In this document: positions 10,318 to 19,823 of the stretch, in pieces
Numbering within the stretch: position 1 is the first letter of the stretch
Layout of the letters: every line of letters starts with the position of its first letter
Origin: Verrucomicrobiota bacterium
GTDB taxonomy: Bacteria; Verrucomicrobiota; Verrucomicrobiia; Limisphaerales; CANJXF01
Assembly (NCBI GenBank): GCA_038214755.1
Contig: JBBQRQ010000009.1
Span: forward strand, 9,587 to 73,586
Length of the DNA: 64,000 nt
Direction: 5' to 3'
Notes under the pieces: model-generated
The model's input: only the letters and a program-made list of their open reading frames with translations
Database searches by the model: none
Told to the model about the DNA's origin: nothing
Translations under genes and position numbers: made by a program

Positions 10318-13266
10318 ATGAACTTGCACCCAAAAACCTTGTCTCGATTTGTTCCCACATTAATCCTTTTGGTGCTAACTCTAGCGTGGGTTTCCCGATC
10401 CCATGGGCAAACGTGGGCTACGAATAGTCCTTTGAAGGCAGCTCGCTGGAGTCACACGGCCGCCTTGCTTACCAACGGTTCCGTCCTCATCGCGGGAGGC
10501 ACCATCTACAACGTAAGCGGCAACTTCGCCGACACCAATGGCTGCGAACTTTATAATCCCGCAGCGGGCACATCCACGTTGACCGGTTCCATGCAAGTTC
10601 ACCGGCACTCGCACACGGCCACGCGGTTGACCAACGGGCAAGTCCTTGTAGCAGGCGGCGGCGGCAATGCGACTTCGGAATTATATGCTCCATCCAGCGG
10701 CACTTGGATCAACCTTGCTAACATGAGCGATGAACGTCTGGCGCACACTGCAACGCTACTACCCAGTGGCAAGGTGTTGGCGGCGGGGGGATACAACGAT
10801 AGTAACGGCCAGGAGTTGTCGAGTGCGGAGTTATATGATCCAGTTAGCGGAACTTGGACGAGCACAGGCCAAATGCCTTACGCCGCAGACAGTGAAGCCG
10901 CTGCGCTACTTACTAATGGAATGGTTCTGGTATGCGGCGGATCTCAAGATGGTAACGCGGTGACAAATTCCGCCCTTTACAACCCCGTGAGCCAGACGTG
11001 GACGAACACCGCCCCAATGAAACAGGCGCGTAGCGGACACACGGCAACCGCGCTGACCAACGGGATGGTCCTTGTTGTGGGCGGCGGCGATGTTACTGCG
11101 GAGATTTATGATCCCGTCGCCGGAACGTGGACTTATGTGGCGTCTATGAACGATGGTCGCGTCTATCCTCAAGCCCTCTTGCTGAACAACGGCCAAGTGA
11201 TGGTTCTCGGAGACGCCAATCCCCATGTGGAGTTGTATGATCCAGCCAGCGATACTTGGACTTATACCGATTCATTGCCGGTTCCCGGTCACTTCCAGAC
11301 TGCCACGCTGCTCTCCGGCGGACAGGTGGTTGTCACGGGCGGCAGTGTAAGCGACTACAACGGGCCGCCGCTGGCGGTCGTGGAAACGTATGGTGCCACG
11401 TTGACCACTCCCAGTTTAACGGTCACAGCAACTCCGTTGACTGGCCCGCGACTACTTTCAGTTCAATTCACTAGTCCAAGCGTAGATAGTGGCGGCAATA
11501 CTGTGACTAACTGGAATTGGAATTTTGGTGATGGTGGAACCAGCACGGCGCAAAGTCCCTCACATACCTACACCAATGTTGGTTCTTACTCGCCCAGCCT
11601 CACGGCTTATAGCACTTACGGCGCATCGCCCCTTTCCATTACAGGCCCCGGCGTGATCACCATTACTAACCACACTCTTAATGTCACCTTTAGTCCTCAA
11701 GGCGGCCCGGCACCACTGTCCGTTCAGTTCACCAGTCCCGGCGTGGACAGCGGCGGGAATAGCGTGACTAACTGGAACTGGGATTTCGGCGATGGCGGGA
11801 CCAGCACAGCGCAGAATCCCTCGCATAGTTATACTACTGTTGGTTCTTTTTCGCCTAGCCTCACGGCCCGCAGCACTTATGGCGGATCACCTCTTTCTAT
11901 CACGGGCCTTGGTATAGTTACTGTCACGAACACTCCCAACCCTAACTTCAGAACTCTGTATAGTTTCACTCCAACCTTTGGTTCTGATCCAACTGCCGGA
12001 TTGGTTTTATCGGGTAACACCCTGTATGGAACGACCTACGGTGGGGGCAGCGGGAACTATGGCACGGTGTTCTGCCTCAACACCGATGGCTCGGGATTCA
12101 CGAATCTGAATAGTTTTAACCTCAGCAATGGAGCCAGACCAAACGGATTGATTTTATCGGGCACTACCCTTTATGGAACGACAGCGATAGGCGGCACTCG
12201 GGGCGGTGGCACGGTGTTCGCAATCAAAACCAATGGCCTGAGCTTTACGAATGTGCTTAATCTCAATGACGCGCTTGATCCCAACAGCGGCGATGAACCA
12301 ATGGCTGCAGTGGTTTTAGCGGGTAACACCCTGTATGGGACAACGTGGTTTGGAGGCTTTTATAATAAAGGCACGGTGTTTACTGTCACCACGAATGGCA
12401 CCAATAGCACTATTTTGCATAGCTTCATCACTCCTAACGGCAACAATGCAAACGCCGACGGAATTCTTCCTTCAGCCAGATTGATTATATCGGGTAGCAC
12501 CCTGTACGGAACGGCGTTGAATGGTGGCAGTTTGGGACGTGGCACAGTGTTCGCCGTCGAAACCAATGCCCCCGGCAGTTTTAGGGTTCTGCATAATTTC
12601 ACGCTCCCGGATCAAAGTAACGGAACGAACAGCGATGGATCTAATCCGTGGGCGGGATTGGTTTTATCCGGCAACATCCTGTATGGGACAACCTTCGCTG
12701 GCGGCAGTTCCGGCTATGGCACGGTGTTCGCGGTCAACACCAATGGTTCGGGTTTTACGAACCTGTATAGTTTCACCGGCGGCAATGGTGCTTATGGTCC
12801 ACATGCCGGATTGGCTCTATCAGGCAATACCCTGTATGGAACCACCTCGGGTGGCGGCTTGTTAGGCACTCTTAGCAATGGAACTTTGTTTGCCCTCAAC
12901 ACCGATGGCTCGGGTTATAGGAATCTGTATAGCTTCACTGGCGGCAGCGATGGATCGGGGCCGGTGGGAGATTTGATTGTATCAGGCAATATCCTGTATG
13001 GAACGGCTGCTCACGGCGGTTCAGGCGATGGCACCGTTTTCAGCTTCACGCTGTCAGGGCCTCGACTGACCATCACCCCTGCCGGAACGAATGTAATCTT
13101 AACGTGGTCAACCAGCGCTTCCGGTTACGCGTTGCAATCAAACATTCAACTCGGCGCTGGGGCGGTCTGGAGCTCCGTTTCTCCCTTGCCGGTCGTGGTC
13201 AACGGGCTGAACACCGTTACCAATCCCATCTCCGGCTCACAAAAGTTTTATCGGTTAAGTCAGTAA
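10318..13266 (+). CDS. Kelch-repeat / 2x PKD / GloVer-repeat secreted protein
   Basis: Signal peptide, then about 6-7 Kelch-like units (HTATLLxNGxVLVAGG). Two PKD domains (WNWNFGDGGTSTAQSPSHTYTNVGSYSPSLTA). About 7 GloVer units (GNTLYGTT..GG..G.GTVFA.NT.GSGFT). Tail ..KFYRLSQ. Confidence 0.85.
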   Translation: MNLHPKTLSRFVPTLILLVLTLAWVSRSHGQTWATNSPLKAARWSHTAALLTNGSVLIAGGTIYNVSGNFADTNGCELYNPAAGTSTLTGSMQVHRHSHTATRLTNGQVLVAGGGGNATSELYAPSSGTWINLANMSDERLAHTATLLPSGKVLAAGGYNDSNGQELSSAELYDPVSGTWTSTGQMPYAADSEAAALLTNGMVLVCGGSQDGNAVTNSALYNPVSQTWTNTAPMKQARSGHTATALTNGMVLVVGGGDVTAEIYDPVAGTWTYVASMNDGRVYPQALLLNNGQVMVLGDANPHVELYDPASDTWTYTDSLPVPGHFQTATLLSGGQVVVTGGSVSDYNGPPLAVVETYGATLTTPSLTVTATPLTGPRLLSVQFTSPSVDSGGNTVTNWNWNFGDGGTSTAQSPSHTYTNVGSYSPSLTAYSTYGASPLSITGPGVITITNHTLNVTFSPQGGPAPLSVQFTSPGVDSGGNSVTNWNWDFGDGGTSTAQNPSHSYTTVGSFSPSLTARSTYGGSPLSITGLGIVTVTNTPNPNFRTLYSFTPTFGSDPTAGLVLSGNTLYGTTYGGGSGNYGTVFCLNTDGSGFTNLNSFNLSNGARPNGLILSGTTLYGTTAIGGTRGGGTVFAIKTNGLSFTNVLNLNDALDPNSGDEPMAAVVLAGNTLYGTTWFGGFYNKGTVFTVTTNGTNSTILHSFITPNGNNANADGILPSARLIISGSTLYGTALNGGSLGRGTVFAVETNAPGSFRVLHNFTLPDQSNGTNSDGSNPWAGLVLSGNILYGTTFAGGSSGYGTVFAVNTNGSGFTNLYSFTGGNGAYGPHAGLALSGNTLYGTTSGGGLLGTLSNGTLFALNTDGSGYRNLYSFTGGSDGSGPVGDLIVSGNILYGTAAHGGSGDGTVFSFTLSGPRLTITPAGTNVILTWSTSASGYALQSNIQLGAGAVWSSVSPLPVVVNGLNTVTNPISGSQKFYRLSQ

Positions 13267-13436
13267 CAATAAGTTCGCCGCGCAGGAGTTCGGAGCGGGG
13301 GGGTGTCGAACTGCAGCCGAGGTTGCTGGGTTGCGCGACGATCCAATCGCATCGTTGCGGTTTCAAAAAGAATTTATCTCCTATTGCATCGGGCGGATAA
13401 GGAAATAAACTCTTGTCTAATTTTTTGACTGTCCTT

Positions 13437-16127
13437 ATGAAAGTATCGCGAAATAAAATCATTCTTGGCGCGTTGCTGTGCTTGACCGGACTGTTGGCCG
13501 CATCGGCCCAAACACTCACGCCACAAGTCTTGCTTAATTTTCCACGAGGCCCGGTAAATCCCCAGGCCCCTCTAGTGCAGGGGCCGGATGGTAGTTTCTA
13601 CGGCACGACTTACAGCGGGGGCAGCGGCAACTTTGGGACGGTATTTAAGATGACAACCAACGGCCTGCTGACCACCTTGGTCAATTTTACTTCCACTACC
13701 GGAAAGTATCCCAGGGCGGGACTGGTGCTGGGTGCGGATGGCAATTTTTATGGCACGACAACCGGCGATGGTGGAGCGGGTCCTGTCCGCTATGGGACGG
13801 TGTTCAAGGTGACGACCAATGGCGCGCTGACCAATCTGGTCATCTTCAACTCTGCCAACGGGGCTAGACCGAATGCGAGTCTGACATTGGGCAACGATGG
13901 CTTCTTCTATGGCACGACTTCGTATGGCGGCTTTTATGATGCCGGGACGGTGTTCAAGATGACGACGAACGGGGCTTTGACTCAACTGTTCAACTTCGAC
14001 ACTGTCTCTACCGGGTCGAATCCGGGGACTGCGCTGGCGCAAGGCAATGATGGTAATTTCTACGGAACGACTTCCCTTGGGATCGGCAACAACTACGGGA
14101 CAGTATTCAGGATGACAACCAACGGCGCATTGACCACGCTGGTCAACTTCGCCCAGACGAATGGATCGGGTCCGGCGGTGAGTCTGATGTTGGGCAGCGA
14201 CGGGAACTTTTACGGCGGGACTCTTGGCGGCGGCAGCAACGGCAATGGAACGGTGTTCAAGATGACGACCAACGGCGCGTTGACCCCTCTGTTCGGTTTC
14301 GCCTTCGCTGATGGATTTCCGCAGGGGAAGTTAACGCAAGGCAGCGACGGTAATCTCTACGGCACGACTTACAGCGGTGGCAGCGGCGGCTATGGGACCG
14401 TGTTTCAGATTACGACCAACGGCGCGTTGACCAAGCTGGTCAACTTCAACTACGCCAATGGAGCCAATCCGCAGGCGGGTCTGACACAAGGCAGCGATGG
14501 TAGTTTCTACGGCACGACGGCCGCTGGCGGTAGTAGCGGGAATGGGACGGTGTTCAAGCTCACGACTAATGGCACGCTGACTACCTTGATTCATTTTGCC
14601 TTCGTCAGCGGAGCATATCCCAATGCCGGTCTGGCACTGGGTGGCGACGGCAATTTCTACGGCACAACCGTCTATGGGGGCAGCGCCGGGAATGGGACGG
14701 TATTCAAGATAACGACTAATGGCGCATTGACGACGCTCGTTAACTTCACTAATGGGATATATCCGTACGCAACGCTTGCGCTGGCCAGTGATGGCACTCT
14801 CTACGGCACGACCGTCCAGGGCGGCAGCGGAAATAGAGGGATCGTGTTTAAGATAACTACTAACGGCCCATTGACATCGGTGGCTAACTTCACGTCTGCG
14901 AGCGGGTCAGTTACCTATGACAGGCTCACGCCAGATGGCAATGGCAGTTTCTACGGCACCGCTGCCCAACAGGGCACTGGCGGTGGAGGGACGGTATTCA
15001 AAGTAGGGACTAATGGCGCATTCACCGCGCTGGTCAGCTTCAATGGCTCTTCTACCAACGGCTATTTTCCCCGCGGGAGCCTGACGCCAGGCGGCGACGG
15101 TTACTATTACGGCACGACAGTCTATGGCGGCAGCGGTGGGAGTGGCACGGTGTTCAAGATGACGACCAACGGCACGTTGACCACACTGGTTAATTTTACC
15201 AACAGCAACGGGAGGTATCCCTATGCGGGTGTGGCACAGGGTGCCGACGGCCTTTTCTATGGCACGACTTCCAGCGGCGGCAGCGCCTTCAATGGAAGTC
15301 TGTTCAAGGTGACGACTAATGGCACGTTGACGACGCTAATTAATTTTAACGCTACCAACGGGGCGAATCCGCAAGCCGGTCTGACACTGGGCAGCGATGG
15401 CAATTTCTACGGCACTACTTATAGTGGAGGCAGCAGCCTCTATTATGGGACTGTGTTCAAGGTAACGACCAACGGCACGTTGACTACATTGGTCAGCTTC
15501 AACGGCACCAATGGCGCGAACCCGACTGCGGCTCTGGCCCTCGGCAGCGAGGGTAGTTTCTATGGTACCACTTACTCCGGCGGCAGCGATAATTTCGGGG
15601 TAATTTTCCGCGTGGATTTGCCGCCAACGATTATTTCGCAACCGGCCAGCCGAACCAATAGCGTGGGCACTACCGCCACCTTTTTTGTCACTGCCAGTGG
15701 GACGCAACCGTTTAGTTATCAGTGGCGTAAGAATGGGACTAATATTCTGGACAGTGGCAACGTCTCCGGTGCGAACGCCAACACGATTACGCTGGCGAAT
15801 GTTCAAGCGAATGACGCGGGGAATTTCACGGTCGTCGTTACGAACAGTTGGGGCAGCGTGACCAGTTCCGTGGCAGCGCTGACCATTCAATTGGGTGGCA
15901 CCATTTCGGTGGTGTCGCTGCAAGTGGGAGTTCCCGGCCGGCCGACGAACGCGCTCACCTTCGCGGGCATTCCGACCGCCCAATACCTCGTGCAATTCGC
16001 CACGAACCTGACCAGCAGTCCCTGGTTCATCCTGTCAACGAACACCGCGAGCGGGGACGGAACATGGACGGTAATTGATCCCACCGCCACCAATGACGAA
16101 AGATACTATCGCGTCGCTACGCCGTAA
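13437..16127 (+). CDS. choice-of-anchor tandem-repeat GloVer protein (13 repeats), Ig-like domain and C-terminal tail
   Basis: ATG 13437 gives MKVSRNKIILGALLCLTGLLAASAQT. Thirteen ~48-aa units (..GxDGNFYGTT..GGSxGxGTVFK.TTNGxLTTLVxF..). Ig-like domain SQPASRTNSVGTTATFFVTASGTQPFSYQWRKNG. Tail ..RYYRVATP. Confidence 0.85.
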   Translation: MKVSRNKIILGALLCLTGLLAASAQTLTPQVLLNFPRGPVNPQAPLVQGPDGSFYGTTYSGGSGNFGTVFKMTTNGLLTTLVNFTSTTGKYPRAGLVLGADGNFYGTTTGDGGAGPVRYGTVFKVTTNGALTNLVIFNSANGARPNASLTLGNDGFFYGTTSYGGFYDAGTVFKMTTNGALTQLFNFDTVSTGSNPGTALAQGNDGNFYGTTSLGIGNNYGTVFRMTTNGALTTLVNFAQTNGSGPAVSLMLGSDGNFYGGTLGGGSNGNGTVFKMTTNGALTPLFGFAFADGFPQGKLTQGSDGNLYGTTYSGGSGGYGTVFQITTNGALTKLVNFNYANGANPQAGLTQGSDGSFYGTTAAGGSSGNGTVFKLTTNGTLTTLIHFAFVSGAYPNAGLALGGDGNFYGTTVYGGSAGNGTVFKITTNGALTTLVNFTNGIYPYATLALASDGTLYGTTVQGGSGNRGIVFKITTNGPLTSVANFTSASGSVTYDRLTPDGNGSFYGTAAQQGTGGGGTVFKVGTNGAFTALVSFNGSSTNGYFPRGSLTPGGDGYYYGTTVYGGSGGSGTVFKMTTNGTLTTLVNFTNSNGRYPYAGVAQGADGLFYGTTSSGGSAFNGSLFKVTTNGTLTTLINFNATNGANPQAGLTLGSDGNFYGTTYSGGSSLYYGTVFKVTTNGTLTTLVSFNGTNGANPTAALALGSEGSFYGTTYSGGSDNFGVIFRVDLPPTIISQPASRTNSVGTTATFFVTASGTQPFSYQWRKNGTNILDSGNVSGANANTITLANVQANDAGNFTVVVTNSWGSVTSSVAALTIQLGGTISVVSLQVGVPGRPTNALTFAGIPTAQYLVQFATNLTSSPWFILSTNTASGDGTWTVIDPTATNDERYYRVATP

Positions 16128-16173
16128 TTCCAAGCACGCACGACCACGAACGCGTTCTGCGCAAATAAATCCT

Positions 16174-18909
16174 ATGAAAATGAAAACATTATTTCCCCCA
16201 AAACTATTTCTTGGTACGACCGTGTTGCTGGCCGGGCTGTTGGCAGTCACGGCGCAGACGCTCCAGCCACAAGTGCTGTTTAGTTTTCCACATGGCCCGG
16301 AAAATCCCTATGCCGGTCTCGTGCAAGGGCAGGGCGGCAGTTTCTATGGCACGACTTCCAGCGGCGGCAGTGGCGGGTATGGGACGATATTCCAAGTGAC
16401 GACCAACGGCAAGTTGACCACGCTGGTCAGTTTTGCCTCCACCAACGGGACGCTTCCGTATTCGGGTCTGATGCTGGGTAGCGATGGCCTTTACTACGGC
16501 ACCACTTACAGTGGCGGCAGCAGCAACGTGGGAACGGTGTTCAAAGTGACTACCAACGGTGCATTGACCACGCTGGTCAGCTTCATCAGCTACACCAACG
16601 CCAGCGGGGCGAGTCCGTTAGCGGGCCTGACGCCAGGCAGCGATGGCCTTTTGTATGGCACCACTTACACCGGCGGCACCGGTGGCAAGGGGACGTTGTT
16701 CAAGGTAACAACCAACGGTGCATTGACCACTCTGGTCACTTTCAACGGCACCAACGGCAGTTTTCCGCGAGGAGATCTGGCAGTGGGCGGCGATGGCCTT
16801 TTCTATGGCATAACTTATAGTGGCGGCAGCAGCAATAAAGGAACGGTGTTCAAAGTGACGACCAATGGCACGTTGACTACGCTGGTTAGTTTCACCTCCG
16901 TTAACGGGGAGAATCCGCAAGCGGGTCTGACGCTGGGCACCGATGGTAGTTTCTACGGCACGACTTACAGTGGCGGCAACCTCGGCTATGGGACGGTGTT
17001 CAAGGTGACGACCAATGGCACTCTGACTACGCTGGTCAGTTTCAACTTGGTTAACGGATCGCAACCGTATGCCGGTCTGGCACTGGGCAGCGACGGCCTT
17101 TTCTATGGCACAACTTATAGTGGCGGCAACAGCAACAGAGGGACGGTGTTCAAGGTGACGACCAACGGCATATTGACTTCGCTGGTTAGTTTCACCAATG
17201 CCATCGCCACTGGGTCGAATCCACAAGCAAGCCTGGTGCAGGGCAGTGATGGTCTTTTCTATGGCACAGCTTCCCAAGGCGGGAGCGGCGGCAAGGGGAC
17301 GGTGTTCAAGATAACGACCAACGGCACGTTGACCACGCTGGTCACTTTCGCCTCTGTTTACGGGGCGCAACCGCATGCCGGTCTGGCACTGGGCAGCGAT
17401 GGCCTTTATTACGGGACCACTTTAAGTGGCGGGAGCGGCGACCGGGGGACATTGTTTAAGGTGACAACCAATGGCACTTTGACCACGCTATTCAACTTCG
17501 ACTCCATCTACTACAACTCCAACCTTGGAAATTTTACTAATACTATCGGTGCGAATCCATTTGGGAGTATGACGCTGGGCAGCGATGGCCTTTTTTATGG
17601 CACGACTGAAAATGGCGGCAGCCTCGGCTATGGGACGGTGTTCAAGGTGACGACTAACGGCGCATTGACCACGCTGGTCAACTTCAACTACACCAACGGG
17701 GCCAATCCGCAAGTAGGCCTGACGCTGGGCAGCGATGGACTCTTCTACGGCACGACAGTCAATGGCGGTAATGCCGGTGGAGGGACGGTGTTCAAGATGA
17801 CGACTAACGGCACGTTGACCACGCTGGTCAGTTTCGCTTCCACTAACGGGTCAACTCCGATTGGAAGTCTGGTGCAGGGGAGCGACGGCCTTTTCTACGG
17901 CACGACTTACTATAGCGGCATTAGCGGCTATGGGACGGTATTCAAGGTGACGACCAACGGCGCGTTAACTACATTGGTCACGTTCAACTCTGCCAACGGG
18001 GGAGGGCCGCAAGGGGTAACGCTAGGCAACGATGGGCTTTTGTATGGCACGACCTACTATGGTGGCAGCAGTGGCAAGGGGACGGTGTTCAAGATAACGA
18101 CCAATGGCGCGTTGACCACGCTGGTCAACTTCAACCACGTGAACGGAGCCTCTCCGCTAGCGGGTCTGACGCTGGGCGGCGATGGCCATTTCTATGGCAC
18201 GACCGATAGTGGTGGCGGCAGTAATATGGGCACGATATTTAAGATGACGACTAATGGCACGTTGACCACGCTGGTCAGTTTCAATTCGGCCAACGGGTCG
18301 TATCCCGAAGCGAGTCTGACGTTGGGTCGCGAGGGTAGTTTCTACAGCACGACCGTCAATGGCGGCAGCGATAATTTTGGGGTGATCTTCCGCCTGGACT
18401 TGCCGCCGGGAATTATTTCGCAGCCGGCCAGTCGAACCAATAGCGTGGGCACAACCGCCACCTTCACTGTCACTGCCAGCGGGACGCAACCATTCAGTTA
18501 TCAGTGGCGCAAGAATGGAACTAACATCGTGGATGGCGGGAATGTTTCCGGCGCAACCGCTAACACGCTCACGCTGGCGAATGTTCAGACCAATGACGCG
18601 GGTGGTTTCGCGGTAGTCGTCACCAACAGTTGGGGTAGTGTGACCAGTGCCGTGGCCGTGCTGACCGTGCAGACAGGTGGCAGCATTTCGGTGGTGTCAC
18701 TGCAAGTGGGAGTTCCGGCTCCGCCGACCAACACGCTCACCTTCGCGGGCATTCCCAACGCCCAATACCTCGTGCAATTCGCCACGAACCTAACCAGCAG
18801 TCCCTGGTTCATCCTGTCAACGAACACCGCGAGCGCGGACGGAACCTGGACGGTGATTGATCCCACCGCCACCAACGTGGAGCGGTACTATCGCGTCGCT
18901 ATGCCGTAA
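16174..18909 (+). CDS. choice-of-anchor tandem-repeat GloVer protein, tandem paralogue of 13437-16127
   Basis: ATG 16174 gives MKMKTLFPPKLFLGTTVLLAGLLAVTAQT (the track start 16075 overlaps the upstream gene). Thirteen GloVer units. The C-terminal ~180 aa are nearly identical to the upstream paralogue. Confidence 0.85.
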   Translation: MKMKTLFPPKLFLGTTVLLAGLLAVTAQTLQPQVLFSFPHGPENPYAGLVQGQGGSFYGTTSSGGSGGYGTIFQVTTNGKLTTLVSFASTNGTLPYSGLMLGSDGLYYGTTYSGGSSNVGTVFKVTTNGALTTLVSFISYTNASGASPLAGLTPGSDGLLYGTTYTGGTGGKGTLFKVTTNGALTTLVTFNGTNGSFPRGDLAVGGDGLFYGITYSGGSSNKGTVFKVTTNGTLTTLVSFTSVNGENPQAGLTLGTDGSFYGTTYSGGNLGYGTVFKVTTNGTLTTLVSFNLVNGSQPYAGLALGSDGLFYGTTYSGGNSNRGTVFKVTTNGILTSLVSFTNAIATGSNPQASLVQGSDGLFYGTASQGGSGGKGTVFKITTNGTLTTLVTFASVYGAQPHAGLALGSDGLYYGTTLSGGSGDRGTLFKVTTNGTLTTLFNFDSIYYNSNLGNFTNTIGANPFGSMTLGSDGLFYGTTENGGSLGYGTVFKVTTNGALTTLVNFNYTNGANPQVGLTLGSDGLFYGTTVNGGNAGGGTVFKMTTNGTLTTLVSFASTNGSTPIGSLVQGSDGLFYGTTYYSGISGYGTVFKVTTNGALTTLVTFNSANGGGPQGVTLGNDGLLYGTTYYGGSSGKGTVFKITTNGALTTLVNFNHVNGASPLAGLTLGGDGHFYGTTDSGGGSNMGTIFKMTTNGTLTTLVSFNSANGSYPEASLTLGREGSFYSTTVNGGSDNFGVIFRLDLPPGIISQPASRTNSVGTTATFTVTASGTQPFSYQWRKNGTNIVDGGNVSGATANTLTLANVQTNDAGGFAVVVTNSWGSVTSAVAVLTVQTGGSISVVSLQVGVPAPPTNTLTFAGIPNAQYLVQFATNLTSSPWFILSTNTASADGTWTVIDPTATNVERYYRVAMP

Positions 18910-18950
18910 AGAGGTCAGTCGTGCGCAACCGCATTTTGACTTTTCGGAAC

Positions 18951-19775
18951 TCATTTCTGATTGAACTCAGTGGCGAAGCGGAAGGACTCCACGTAATGAC
19001 CGTCCTTCTTCTCTTCATTCTTGCGATAGGTTTCCTTGAGAGTGGCCAAGGTTTTCGGTTCCCAGTCCGGGCGGTATTTCGTGACGGCGGGTTCGAACTG
19101 GCTCACCTGTTTGGTAATGGCGTCCAGCTTCAATTCAAAAGTGGAGTCAATGTTGACGTGGTAATTGGCGTCGTTGGTTGTAGTGTAAAAGAAATAAAGA
19201 TTCGGTACGATGTACGGTTGCAGTTTGTCCACCAGCAGGTGTTCAGGGTAGTAGAGATGAAACTCTGCGGCGCGCACGGCATCAATGGTGTTGAATGCCG
19301 CCATGCGATGATCGGTCTTGTGCCAGCGCTCGTACCACTCGCCAGGATCCACGGACAGAATTGCGTCCGGGCGATATTGCCGGATGATTTTCGTTACCTG
19401 ACCGCACAGCATTTTCGGCGGGACATATTCCAACTCACCGTCATCGTGGCCCAACCAGACGATATTTTCCTTGGGAATACCCAGGACAGCGCACGAAGCC
19501 TCCTCTTCAGCCTTGCGGATGCGTGCCAGACGCTCTGAAGTCATGTCTTGATCGTAGCTGCCTTTGTTGTCGTTCGTGTAAATGACGATGATGACGCGGT
19601 TCTTGTTCTTGGCCAGCAACGCGAGTGTGCCACCGACGGCGAACGTGTCGTCGTCCGGATGCGGCGTGAAGGCGACGATGGTTTTGTTGGTGTAGTTTTC
19701 GAGCCGTTCAGCGGCCCCGATTTCCGCAGCGCAAGCCAGCAACACAACTAGGAGCAACAGAATTTTTTCCTTCAT
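18951..19775 (-). CDS. PIG-L / LmbE-family N-acetylglucosaminyl deacetylase with an N-terminal signal peptide
   Basis: MKEKILLLLVVLLACAAEIGAAE followed by the family motif AFTPHPDDDTFAVGGTLA, and later HxDH-type residues (WHKTDHR). Confidence 0.8.
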   Translation of the reverse strand: MKEKILLLLVVLLACAAEIGAAERLENYTNKTIVAFTPHPDDDTFAVGGTLALLAKNKNRVIIVIYTNDNKGSYDQDMTSERLARIRKAEEEASCAVLGIPKENIVWLGHDDGELEYVPPKMLCGQVTKIIRQYRPDAILSVDPGEWYERWHKTDHRMAAFNTIDAVRAAEFHLYYPEHLLVDKLQPYIVPNLYFFYTTTNDANYHVNIDSTFELKLDAITKQVSQFEPAVTKYRPDWEPKTLATLKETYRKNEEKKDGHYVESFRFATEFNQK

Positions 19776-19823
19776 TTAGATGATTTGTTTTAGTGACCAG
19801 GGTCAACGATTCGGAATGCATAT

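Noticed and set aside
13572-18875. Long antisense ORFs inside the GloVer genes (for example 13572-14042, 15336-15995, 16618-17376, 18157-18489)
   Set aside because: They overlap the strongly supported plus-strand repeat proteins. They are Arg/Ala/Gly-rich shadow frames of GC-rich periodic coding DNA and have no motifs of their own.
13437-18909. Regular ~144-bp periodicity that could superficially suggest a CRISPR or satellite array
   Set aside because: The periodic units are diverged coding repeats (GloVer units) inside long ORFs. There are no identical short direct repeats with unique spacers and no cas genes.
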